Assembly: GCF_004010195.1 (NCBI RefSeq)
Contig: NC_057728.1
Span: 46,466,645-46,530,644, forward strand
Direction: 5' to 3'
Source: Chiloscyllium plagiosum
Taxonomy: Eukaryota
Length of the DNA: 64,000 nt
Shown: positions 25,418 through 37,100 of the stretch, in pieces
How the letters are laid out: every line of letters begins with the position of its first letter
Numbering within the stretch: the stretch's first letter is position 1
Program-made: the position numbers and the translations under genes
Notes under the pieces: generated by a model
What the model was told of the DNA's origin: nothing
Seen by the model: the letters and a program-made list of their open reading frames with translations, nothing else
Database searches by the model: none

Positions 25418-25674
25418 CTAACTGAGGGAAGATTGGATAGGTTAATATTGCTTTCTCAGAACATAGAAGGCTGACAGATATTTAATTAAATTACAAGAGG
25501 CCTAGATGGAGTCAATAGGACAGACGTATACCTGTCAGAGGTCAAAGGCCAAGGATATCTTTGAAGTAATTGAAGAATGAGAGTGATGTTGAAGATGACA
25601 TTTTTTACAATCACAGGGTGTTACGATCTGGAGCCCACAGCTTAGAGACTAGAAGTTGACGATGGAGTAGGCCA

Positions 25675-26020
25675 GGGGTAGCTGATGGCCTAGTAGTATT
25701 ATTGTATGACCATTAGTCCAGAGATCCAGTTAATATTCTGGGCACCTGGGTTCAAATCCCACCATGATACATGATGGAATGTGAATTCAATAGTAATTTG
25801 GAATTAAGAGGCTCATGATGACCATGAATCCATTGCTGCTTGTCAGGAAAATCCCATCGGGTTCTCTAATTCCATTAGGGAGGGAAATCTGCCACCCTTA
25901 CCTGGTCTGGTCTACATGTGACTGCAGACCGACACCAATGTGCTTGACTCTTAAATAACCTCTGGGCAATAAATGCTTGCCGAACCAGTGACACCCATAT
26001 CCCATGAATTTTTTTTAAAG
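25675..26020 (+). mobile_element. tRNA-derived SINE family B
   Basis: Head GGGGTAGCTGATGGCCTAGT, B-box GGTTCAAATCC, core AGGGAGGGAAATCTGCC...GACTCTTAA, LINE-B-type tail GGGCAATAAATGC...CCCATGAAT. Confidence 0.85.
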
Positions 26021-26419
26021 TTGGAAGATGGGATTTTCCAACTTTCAGCAAAATTGGGGGATTATACAAGTCTTCCAAGATGGCAGGACAAGCTGCCATA
26101 AGAACATATGGGATCCTCAACTTTGTGAGGACTGAAGTATATAAAATCAAGGAATTTGTTCTGAACCTTTTGTGAAAAGCACTTGGTAGGCCTTGGCTGG
26201 AATGTTGTGTTGAATTTTGGGCACTGCACTTTAGGAAGGATGTCATTCCAAACAGGTGAAGGCAACATAAGAATGGTAATAGAGATAAGGAACTTAATTA
26301 TTTAGGGTGACTTTGAGAGGAGAAGATTAAGAGAATCGATAGAGGTGTTGCAAAATCTTAAATTATTTTGATTAGTAGGAGAAAACTGGCATGAGGGGCA
26401 GAGATAAGGTGATTAGCAA

Positions 26420-26712
26420 ATGTCTTTTCCTTAGGGTGGGGACCTTCAAAACTAGGGGACATATTTTTCAGTGAGAGGAGAAAGATTTAAAAGGACCTGA
26501 AGGGGCAACATTTTTGCACACAGAGGGTGATTCTTATTTGGAATAAACTGCCAGAGGAAGTGGTAGATGGAGGTACAGTTACAACCATGAATAGGAAATG
26601 TTTGGAGAGATATAGGCCAAATGCAGTCAAGTGGGACTTATTTAGTTTGGGAAACGTATTTGGCATGGATGAGTTGGACCAAAGGATCTGTTTCCGTGCT
26701 GTCTGACTCTAT
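26420..26712 (+). mobile_element. CR1 3' fragment
   Basis: GGAATAAACTGCCAGAGGAAGTGG...TCTGTTTCCGTGCTGTCTGACTCTATG. Confidence 0.9.
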
Positions 26713-27660
26713 GGCAGAAGATGACACTCAGGTGATTGGCAAAAGAACCACATTTGACGTGAGGACATTTTGTTTTAAATGCAGCACATTGTTGTGATCT
26801 GCAAAGCACTCCCTGGGAAGGTTGTGGAAGCTGATAGTAGCTTTTGAATGTTAATTGATAAATTGTAGAAGGCAATATACTCCAGCAATAAGGAAAAAGA
26901 GGAAGGTGAGAGGCTAATTGGATGGTTCTTTTTAAAGAGCTGGCACAAGCCCCCTGGGCTAAATGGCCTCCTTTGCTAACGTGTAATGAAACATGGAAAC
27001 AATTCTAAAGAATAAGTTACTCCACCATCAGGTAAAACTTTGGATTGACAGTGAGCAATGAAAAGTGGTTGGTGTTTTTGTCTTCAATAGCTTAACTCTT
27101 AACAATTACTCGTATTATAGGATGTAGATAATTGTTCATTTCTTATGTGTCACATACTCCACTTTATCTCCCCAGACATACTGAGACTTAACTGCAGACA
27201 ACTACTTTGCATTCAGTGCTCCATATGTCATTGATGAATGAAATATCTCTCCCTGTTACTGTGTAAATAGCACTGAAAGAAGCTATTTGTGTAAATAGCA
27301 CTGACCGCATAGGCACATATTAGATACTTGCGTATATGCCTGAAATTGACAATTACTGCTGAAAATGAGAGACATTTCTTTAACTTCCATGAAGGGCAAG
27401 TTAATGCTGCTGATTTTGTGAGGCCATGCTCTCAAGATATATCCAGCAGAAGTGCGTATTTGAAATTAAGGTCAAAAGTGACCACAAGTTTCAATCCATG
27501 AACAGGAGAACAGGAGAACAGACGTTTAAAAAAAACATACCTTAGTGAATCAAGGAATGGGGGATGGTTTTGTCATGTGGAATTTACCTGGAACAAGGTG
27601 GGCAGTTGGGAAAATGTGGTGATTCTGGAAAAATTAGATTTTCAACATTGAGGAAAATTA

Positions 27661-28808
27661 AGTCCGAATTTTCACTGAAGGTTTTAAATGGTGAAATGAG
27701 AATCTCACAAGTGAGTGGCGATGGGCTTATTGACTAGCATTAGCAACTCTTTACTACATAAACTTGTGTTATTTATATGGCGGTTTGTAGTTTCCCAGGC
27801 AGATGAGGGAAACCTGGGTGGCAACAGCTCTTGACATGAACTTCTGAATGGGTACATGCAGCTCTCAGCATCCCCCAATTGCCAGCACTCCCCAACAGCT
27901 CAGGACACACTCCATGGGCAATGACTGCCCACACCATCTGTTAGCACCAGACACACACCAGCCTCACTGTATCATTATAGCATATTCGGGACTTCTAGTT
28001 CAGCACTTCGATACTGCACTGTGGAGCTCTCCGACACCTTACACTGTAATACTGCTGTCAGGTCCGCTTTGTGTGCAGGGACAGGCTCTCAGCTCATGCA
28101 TCAGAACAGCTCTTTGCTTGCTTTCTTAGCACCCACTCACTTTGTGCCTACTTGGATGCTGTCTATGTTTGTGCCTTGCTGCCTTCCTTTCAGTTGAAAC
28201 TGTTAACCAGGCAACCTTTCATGTTTGGCAGTGATGAGAAGTCAAGGGAGCCTATGTTCAATCAGGGGCTGGTCCATCATTGGTCAGGACAGGTGGTGTC
28301 CTGAGCAGGAAGCACGATGAACAGGAAAGTTTCACAGTTTAGGGGGATTGCAGTGGATGAGAGTTTTGAGAGAAGATGCTGCATGCAGCATTGAGAGTGA
28401 TAGACCATGGATTTGGTGGGAGTGGGGGCAATGCCAAAGTTGGAGTGAGTGTGAGGTAGCCTTGTGCAGTGCAGAAGGTCTTTAACCTTTTTTCAGTATT
28501 GCTGTGCATTCCCCCAGACTATAGACACTACACTGACCCAAGTGCTGACTTCAGACCTGACCATGCTTAAAACGGTGTGCAGCTGGGGTCTAGATATGGT
28601 GCCCTCAGCATGAGCACTGGTAGGTCCCAGTACAGGCAAGCACTTCACTGCTGCTCAGCACCAGGTAGTACAGAGGGGCACTGTGGAGGTAGGGTGCAAA
28701 ACTGATGAGGTGAGCAGCAGAGAATTGCAGCAGATCAATCATCAGTATTATGAAGAGAAACACTGCATGAAAACCCCCAAAGTTGACTTTTTTTGAGAAA
28801 TTTAGCCC
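27661..28808 (-). mobile_element. PIF/Harbinger-type DNA transposon remnant with Myb/SANT-like fragment
   Basis: Minus strand 28558-28460 translates RSEVSTWVSVVSIVWGNAQQY*KKVKDLLHCTR, fitting the W.EVA..VS.....R...QCRKK.NDL pattern. The ends AGTCCGAATTTTC / GAAATTTAGCCC resemble degenerate TIRs. Confidence 0.55.
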
Positions 28809-30554
28809 CTTGTCTTGATTTCAACTTCCAAACAATTGCTGTTCACCACTTTTGACAACACAAGAACAAAACAATCATTTTAATTGTGATAAATAATTTT
28901 GAACTGCTATACACTAAATGTACTACAGAGCAAAGTCTACTCTAACTCTGGGTTCCCTGAGCTTCTGTGTAACATTTGTTAATTCCCCTTTGTTTCTTCC
29001 TCTTTTTTTTTCTCACTGCTCATTCTTTCACAAAGTTTTTTTTTAACAGTTTGCTGGTATGTGCTTTAAATAATTATCAGATGGTCTCCAATCATTTGTC
29101 ATTGTCTCTATTTTTTGATGTGATACTCTAGTCAGTGAATGGCACCAGACTGTCAAACTAATGACCAGTATCATTGTTAGGTCTATCCCAAGCCCATGTC
29201 GACAAATTTACAATTGAATCAGAAACCACTAGTTAATAATAAGAATAAGCTTCTGATGGCTATGAGCTACCACAGTACAGAGGTTAAACTTGGGTCCTTC
29301 CTGGAATATATGGCCTCGACACCTAACTATCTCCTGAACCCACTGAAGCTTCCATTGAGTTTTGTCCAGCCATTCAGTCAAAATCTTCACCTAATAAATT
29401 TGAAAGTCTATTTGCATTGTTATTTCCTTTGGAGCATATCTTACAATATTTTCCTGATTGAAGTATTTTGAATTTCTTGGAGGATCCAGTGCTGTCCATG
29501 AAGAAATTTCTGGCGTGTGAGAATCAATTTATTTTAATCAAAGAAAGTGTACAAGGGCCCATTTGTTCCTAGACTTTTCTCTTTGCAGTTAAAGAAATGG
29601 ATATCTGATTTTGCAGACATTTAAGTGGCATGCAATCATCTAATGATCCTGTTAACAAAGTAAATAAGCCTATTTTAGTACTTACAATCACTGAAACTGT
29701 TTTCCAGACATGATTAGAGTTGGCTTACTACTTAGAGTTATGTCTACAAATTGTCCAACAACATAGATGAAATGAACCAATCCTTCACTGACCTAATTTA
29801 AAAATTAATGTGAGAAACACCATGATATGCACATTCTATAATTTTCCAATCCAGCACTTATAGCACTGTGCTTTATTTGTTAGGAACACAAATAGAATAT
29901 TTGAACATGCATCGTGCATGTTTTGTGGCTTTCAATCCACTTATTTCAATGGAGTGTCAAACTTGGAATGCAAAATTGGCCACTAATATGGATGCCTGGG
30001 CAAGTGCAGTCACAAGGCATAATGTCAGCTAATTGTGAAGTGTCTGCCCATACCTATTTGACATCAGCACATTCCATGTGCAGTAATGTCCCATCTGGCA
30101 TATGCAACTGGAATCCACTGCTACCAGCAGAAGAGGAAGGGTAGGGCAAGACACTGGTGGATAAGGAGGGAGCCAAGCAGGCTGGGGGAGAGGCAAAGGC
30201 TTCCCTCTTTGGCGCAGGAGATCTCTGGCACCTCTCCACCTGAGCATCATTTGTGGCAGTTGAGGGCAGTGAGCAAGTTCACTACCCAGCAGTGTTTGGA
30301 GCATGTGCAGTGTGAGTGCTAGCAATGGACAGACATTTATTTGTCAGTTAGTGAGTTTTTGGCTGGGGGAGGGCTGGACCAGGTGGCTTCAGAAATAGGT
30401 TGCATCAGCTGTAAACCATGGAAAATGACATCAAATGGACAAACTCAGGTGAGGTTTCTGGCAGCTACCATTGCACTGCAGGTCTGTGTTCCTGCTCATG
30501 CCTGGACCCACAATGCATAGTAATGACATTCACAATCAATACAGCCTATTTAAA

Positions 30555-30960
30555 AGAGAAAGAAAGCCTGATATTTATATAGTGTATTTCATGACTATAG
30601 GATGTCCCAAAATATTGTACAGCCACTTAAATACTTTTTAAGTGTAATTAATTTTCTAATATAGGTTAAATAAAAAAAGCAGCCAGTCTGCACACCATAA
30701 GGTTGCATAAAGAGCAATCTGATTTAGTTACATTGGTTGAGAAATAAGTATTAGTCAGAATATCAGGGAGACCTTCCCTGATCTTGTTAACCTAAGAGGT
30801 CAGGCAGACTGTCAGTTTAATTTGTATTCTGAAAGACATTACCTCTGATATTGAAGAGTCCCTCCCCATGAAAGCTGAGCCTGGATTTTGCACTCAGGTG
30901 TCTGTACATGACTTGAACACATGATTTTTTAACTCACAGGTGAGATTGCTATCACTGACT
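30555..30960 (-). mobile_element. DeuSINE-like SINE
   Basis: Antisense tail ATTTATATAGTGTATTTCATGAC...GGATGTCCCAAA...ACAGCCA and a degenerate head near 30910-30958. Confidence 0.6.
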
Positions 30961-31224
30961 CCTGTGCTGACTCCTTCGTATATAAACCGATCCATGTATA
31001 CGTTGCTTTTTCAAGCTTGATGATACATGTGCATGTTAATGAAATTAACTTTCAACAGGCGATTAGGGCCAATGCTAAATTGTGGCTGTTCTGTTTTCGA
31101 TTGTATGTAAGAAAAATGAGTTATGAATCTTTTGTAGTATATATCAATAGGGAGAATTTGTAATAGACTGACTCACAGCATTGACCTTTCTCTCCAAAGT
31201 TAATGCTGTGGTTTGAATTGCCTT

Positions 31225-31397
31225 GGGGAGGTGGTAGTATAATAGTGATGTCACTGGGCTAGTGATCCACAGCCCCCAAGCTGATGTTCTGGAGATGTGA
31301 GTTCAAATACCATCTTTTCAGATGCATAAATTTGTAGCCAAATGGATTAAAAAAGCATGTAACCACTATCAATTATCATAAAAGTCAGTTGGTTCAT
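31225..31397 (+). mobile_element. SINE family B, 5' half (3' half at ~33775-33935)
   Basis: GGGGAGGTGGTAGTATAATAGTGATGTCACTGG...GAGTTCAAATAC...GGTTCA. Confidence 0.7.
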
Positions 31398-31431
31398 AGA
31401 ATTCCTACAGTACAAATGGCCCATTGAGATT

Positions 31432-33500
31432 ACATAGGCTATCTACGTAGAACATTACGGTGCAGTACAGGCCCTTTGGCCCTCGATGTTGTGCCAACCT
31501 ATGGAACCAATCTGAAACCCATCTATCCTACAGTATTCCATTTTCATCCATATGTTTATCCAATGACCATTTAAATTACCTTAAACTTGATGAGTCTACT
31601 ACTGTTGCAGACAGGCCATTCCACACCCTTACTACTCTCTGAATAAAGAAATGACCTCTGACATTTGTTCTATATCTATCACCCCTCAATTTAAAGCTAC
31701 GTCCCTTCATGCTAGCCATCACCATTCGAGGAAAAAGGCTCTTACTGTCCACCCTATGTAATCCTCTGATCATCTTGTATATCTCTATTAAGTCACCTCT
31801 CAACTTTCTTCTCCAATGAAAACAGCCTCATGTCCTTCAGCCGTTCCTCATAAGACCTTCCCTCCATACCAGGCAACATTCTAGTAAATCTCCTCTGAAC
31901 CCTTACCAAAGCTTCCACATCCTTTCGATAATGTGTGGCCAGAACTGTACACAATACACCAAGTGCGGCCGCACCAGAGTTTTGTACAGCTGCAACATGA
32001 CCTCATGACTCCAAAACTCAATTGCTGTACCAATAAAAGCTAACACACCATATGCCTTCTTAACAATCCTATCAACCTGGGTAGCAACTTTCAGGGATTT
32101 ATGTACTTGGACACCGAGATCTCTCTGCTCATCTACACGACCAAGAATCTGACCATTAGCCCAGTACTCTGCATTCCTATTACTCCTTCCAAAGTGAATT
32201 ACCTCACAGTTTTCCACATTAAACTCCATTTGCCATCTCTCAGCCCAGCTCTGCAGCTTATCTGTGTCCCTCTGTAACCTGCACCATCCTTCGGCACTAT
32301 GCACAACTCCACCAACCTTAGTGTCATCCTCAAATTTACTCACCCATTCTTCTACGCCCTCATCCAGGTCATTTGGATGACAACAGCAATGACACCAAAA
32401 CAGATCCTTGCAGTACACCACTAGTAACTGAACTCCAGGATGAATATTTCCCATCAACCATCACTCTCTGTCTTCTTACGGCTAGCCAATTTCTGATCCA
32501 AACTGTTAAGTCACCCTCAATTCAATGTCTCCGTATTTTGTGCAATAGCCTATAGCAGGGAACTTATCAAACGCCTTACTGAAATCCATATACACCACAT
32601 CAACTGCTTTACCCTCATCCACCTGTTTGATCACCTTCTCTAAGAACTGAATAAGGTTTGATAGGCACGACCTACCCTTCACAAAACTGTGTTGACTATC
32701 TGTAATCAACTTATTCCTTTCTAGATGATTATAAATCATTTGTTATAACCTTTTCCAACACTTTACCCACAACCGAAGTAAGGCTCACTGATCTATAATT
32801 ACCAGCGTTGTCTCTGCTAGGTGAAAGTAAGTATTGCAGATGCTGGAGATTAGAGTCGAGAGCATGGTGCTGGAAAAGCACAGCAAGTCAGGCAGCACCT
32901 GAGGAGCAAATCAATGTTTTGGGCAAAAGCCCTTCATCAGGAATGATGCTGAGAGCCTTGGGACTGGAGAAACAAATGGAAGAGGGGTGGGGCTGGGGGG
33001 AAGGTAGCTGAGAATGCCTCTACTCCCCTCTTAAACATAGGGACAACATTTGCTATCCTTCAGTCTTCTGGCACTATTCCTGTCAACAATGACAACAAAA
33101 AGATGAAATCCAAAGGCTCTGCAATGTCCTCCCTGGCTTCCCAGAAATTCCATCCGGCCAGGGGACTTACCTATTTTCACACTTTCCAGAATTGATAACA
33201 CCTCCTCCTTGTGAACTTCAATCTCATCTGGTCTAGTAGCCTATATCTCAGTATTTTCCTCGACAACGTTGTCTTTTTCCAGTGTGAATACTGACAAAAA
33301 GTATTCATTTAGCACTTCTCCTATCTCCTTGGACTCCATGTACAACTTCCCACTACAGTCCTTGATTGGGCCTAATCTTACCCTAGTCATTCCTTTCTTC
33401 CTGATATACATATAGAAAGCTTTAGAGATTTTCTTGACCCTATCTGTCAATGACTTCTCATGTCCCCTCCTGGGTCTTCTTAGCTCTCTCTTTAGATCTG
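31432..33500 (-). mobile_element. CR1 LINE (distinct subfamily), 5'-truncated
   Basis: SQHSFVKGRSCLSNL...DFSKAFDK, VSKFEDDTKVGG, LYKTLVRPHLVYCVQFW. A different tail (AGAACATTAC...CAGGCCCTTTGGCCC antisense). Confidence 0.95.
32819..33017 (-). mobile_element. Penelope-like 3' fragment inserted in CR1
   Basis: Same terminal sequence as 16960-17188. Minus-strand core CTGATGAAGGGCTTTTGCCC-AAAA has a G>A change. 7-bp TSD CTCTGCT (32812-32818) / CTCTACT (33018-33024). Confidence 0.85.
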
Positions 33501-33772
33501 TCCTGAAGAGCATCTTGTCCAAACTCACCCCATCTCCATAATCTTTGCTGTGATTGATCCATCTCTCCTACACAACCCTGGACACTATGGGGTACTTTAT
33601 ATGGCCAATTCACTTAACCTGTACATTTTGGACTGTGGGAAGAATCTGGAGCACCTGGTGGAATGTGCAAACTCTACACATCATAGTCAGTCAAGGCTGG
33701 AATCAAACCAAGATCTCTGGCACTATGTGGCAACAGTGCTAACCACTGAGCCATCATGCTACCCCTGCGCCA
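33500..33772 (-). mobile_element. HE1-type SINE body (its tail is displaced to ~31398-31430)
   Basis: GGCTGGAATCAAACC...CAGTGCTAACCACTGAGCCATCATG. Tail piece TAGAATTCCTACAGT...GGCCCATTGAG at 31398. Confidence 0.85.
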
Positions 33773-33774
33773 TT

Positions 33775-33935
33775 CACCTACAACCTTTTGGGAAAGAAAT
33801 CTGTTTTCTTTACCCAGTGAGTTCGATATGTGGTTCCTGTCCTACAGCAAAATGAATAAGTACCCTCTGGGACAATTTGGAATGGGCAGTGAATGTCAGG
33901 ATTGCCTACATCCCGTGAATGATTTTTTAAAAAAT
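33775..33935 (+). mobile_element. SINE family B, 3' half
   Basis: GGGAAAGAAATCTG...CCCTCTGGGACAATTTGGAATGGGCAGTGAATG...CATCCCGTGAATG. Confidence 0.7.
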
Positions 33936-35580
33936 GGCCTAAAGTCTGATCGTGTAGTATGTTATCACAAGAGAGGAGCTGAGGTACATAACCTGGCCTT
34001 CACATTGCAGTGTTGATTCCTTTACTGCAGGATTAATTAAGTTAAGTAGGCAGTTGGCCACAGCTCCTGGTAATACAGTCCATCAAGGAACAGATACACT
34101 TGAGTACAGTATAGTTGAGAGTTAAACAAATAAGGAGTTGGAATGGGGTGGGAATTGGCTACTTACAGGACAAAATAGAGGACAGAGTGCAGGGGAATAG
34201 GGGGATATTAAATCTGCTGTTATTTGGAGATACAAGAGCAGCACTGGAAAAAGGGAGAAACCTGGATGATAAAGATGGCAGTCAGATCAAAGAGTGCAGA
34301 ATGAAATCTTCAGACTTATGTGTGCTTGCAATGGAGGTACAGATCCAGACGAATGGTATGTCTGGGATTAAGAGCCAGGGATGTTCCGGAATATGGCTTA
34401 GGCTTTGTGGATTCAGTTGGCTATGATGCAACACTGGAAACATAAACATTTAAACCCACAAACCAGACCAATAAAGAATGAGTGCTCACATTGGCTCCAG
34501 CTACAGTGCAACACATTCATTAAGGAAAGCCACTGAGCCCACATACAGTACTTTCCTTTAGACTGAAGCCCCATTAGAAATAACCTGTCAATATGGCAAG
34601 TAACAATTATAAAGGGGTACCACTGTACTTAAAATGATAATTACCTATTTTTTTTATTTAAGTAGAATGTTGAAATCATTCATTACAATGAGTTTGTTTT
34701 GCTGGTAATTGGATTGGGGCCAGAGTGGTATTTCACATTAAATATTTGTGCAGTGCTAATCTATATATTAAAATTATTCCTTGTGGAGAGCTAGGTATTA
34801 AAAGCAAATTACCATCAGTTCTAACAAATGCTGCATATAAGGATTGTGCAGAATTTTCACATTATTAGATTAATCTAAGGAGAATGCAGCTTAATAGTAA
34901 GGAGACAGATGACAATGTTCCCTACAAATTTGTCTGAATGTGATGGAGTTGGTTAAATAAATATCAAAACCATAGCAGTTCTACTTTGCAGAATTACAAG
35001 TGTTGAAAATGAAAACTACTTTTTTGATTTATTAGTTTCCTTCCATCATTTTAACAACGTGAAGGAAGTTATAACTTGGAGAGGCAAATAGGTGGGGCTG
35101 ATTAAAACCAACACAAATGTCAGTGCATCAAGAAACTGGCTGCGACCCTCCTGACTCTTCAGCATTTCTACAGAATGTGCTTTGTATACATCAGCACCTC
35201 GGTTGAGACAAATTGGTAAATGCAATCTTTCAACTCCTTTTTAATTAATGGCATACTCATACTTCTCAGGCTTCCTAAAATTCACCGGAGGAGACAAGGC
35301 TAGGTTGATAAGACCTAACAGATATTGTGGAAATAGTACAGGATTCAGTGACCAATGCTTCCGTGAAGCTGCGCAGCAACCCCAGATTTTTCCCACGTAA
35401 ACCTGACCCCAACTCACTTAAGATTCAATTGACAGTTTAATTGCTGTAGGGAAGTCTCCCCGAACATCAGCCCTGTAAACTCCAGCCCAATGATATTGTT
35501 TATTTGAGGCCTGTTGAACAGGCTGCAAGATTCATTTTAAGTGAAAATGTATTAATAGATACTTATAAAGTGTTTAAATA

Positions 35581-35976
35581 TTCAGAAAGCATACAGTTTG
35601 GTAAGACACTGAACAGTGTACATCCATGAAATTTGTAAATTGTTCTTCATTTTTTTCAAAGTATATTTACAATTACATTATGAAAAGGTGCAGGTATCCT
35701 TATTAAATATGTGTTTCTTTGTGTGATAAATCCACTTCCAGCTGCATTCTTAAAACATCAAGAATAAACACTCTTAAGTTCAGAAAGCATACAGTTTGGT
35801 AAGACACTGAACAGTGTACATCCATGAAATTTGTAAATTGTTCTTCATTTTTTTCAAAGTATATTTACAATTACATTATGAAAAGGTGCAAGTATCCTTA
35901 TTAAATATGTGTTTCTTTGTGTGATAAATCCACTTCCAGCTGCATTCTTAAAACATTAAGAATAAACACTCTTAAG
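35581..35976. repeat. 198-bp direct tandem duplication (2 copies, 2 mismatches)
   Basis: Units 35581-35778 and 35779-35976 differ at GCAGGT/GCAAGT and CATCAA/CATTAA. Confidence 0.95.
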
Positions 35977-36222
35977 GACATCATAAAATATTACTTAATG
36001 CAAGAAAAATAAAGTAAGTATAGGATCGAGCACAAATGTCGACTTTAATCCTAGTTTGGAAAACAAGCCCAGTAGAACAATTTGGAATGAAATCCATGAG
36101 CACATTGACAATTGCGTTCAAGATGAGAATTCAATATGCTTGGTATTTTTGACCATTTTTCCTTTTTACCTACCTTCATTTTTTTTTGTCTAAATATTTC
36201 AACTTGTCTTTTTCCATGGTAT

Positions 36223-36380
36223 GGAGTCATAGAGTTATAGAGATGTACAGCATGGAAACAGACCCTTCGTTCCAACTCGTACATGCAGACCAGTTATCCT
36301 AACGCAATCTAGTCCCATTTGCCAGCATTTGGCTCATATCCCTCTAAATCCTTCCTGTTCATATACCCATCCAGATGCAT
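36223..36380 (-). mobile_element. CR1 3' tail fragment
   Basis: GAGTCATAGAGTTATAGAGATGTACAGCATGGAAACAGACCC. Confidence 0.9.
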
Positions 36381-36777
36381 AATTTCTCTTACTTGTTTAT
36401 CTCACATTTTATTTTACTGTGCTCCCTTATTTCCTTTTGGAACAATAAGCTTCTTTCTCAATATAAATCAGCATAAGTTGAAAAGGCCTTGAAAAGACCT
36501 GCAGTGTTGGAATGCATCTTCTTCATGTTAAAATTCTTACAAAATTCTTCACTCTTCACTGGACAGGAACAGTGACGAAAGTGTGTTTTCTTTTTTCATA
36601 GTATGGGCACATGGCTTGCTGGAAGACTATGGTACAGTTTGCAGTCTCTCTGATGAGAATTATTGGCCTCTGATGAGTCTGGCCTTGAGCAAGAATGACA
36701 ATACAGACAGCATGAAAGAGCAGTTTTTATACTCATGTGCCTTAAAATCAGGAACTAGTGGAGGTATATAAATGATT

Positions 36778-37100
36778 TCATAGAATCCCTACAGTGTGGA
36801 AACAGGCCATTTGGCCCACAAAATCCTCACTAACCCTCCGAAGAGTAACCCACCTAGACACATTCCCCTGACTGATGCACTTAACCTACACATCCCTGAA
36901 CACTATGGGCAATTTAGTTTGGCCAATTCACCTAACCCGCGCATCTTTGGACTGTGGGAAGAAACTGGAGCACCCGGAGGAAACTCACGCAGATACGGGG
37001 AGAATGTGCAAACTCCATACAGACAGTTGCCCTAGGCTGGAATCAAACCCAGGTCTCTGGCACTGTGAGGCAGCAGTGCTAACCACTGAGCCACTGGGCC
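36778..37100 (-). mobile_element. HE1-type SINE, full length
   Basis: Same head and tail as 8218-8523, with several CpGs retained. Confidence 0.92.

Larger units (their letters stand above)
23640..26985 (+). mobile_element. Old CR1 ORF2 remnant carrying several younger inserts
   Basis: Decayed EEYRKC..EIKKQVRKAKRGHE, LTNLIEFFEE, FDKV motifs. Inserts at ~24110-24230, 25255-25400, 25675-26020 and 26420-26712. Confidence 0.7.

Noticed and set aside
36778..37100. tRNA genes at A/B-box sequences
   Set aside because: The heads continue into SINE bodies and LINE-derived tails, and no complete cloverleaf is apparent.
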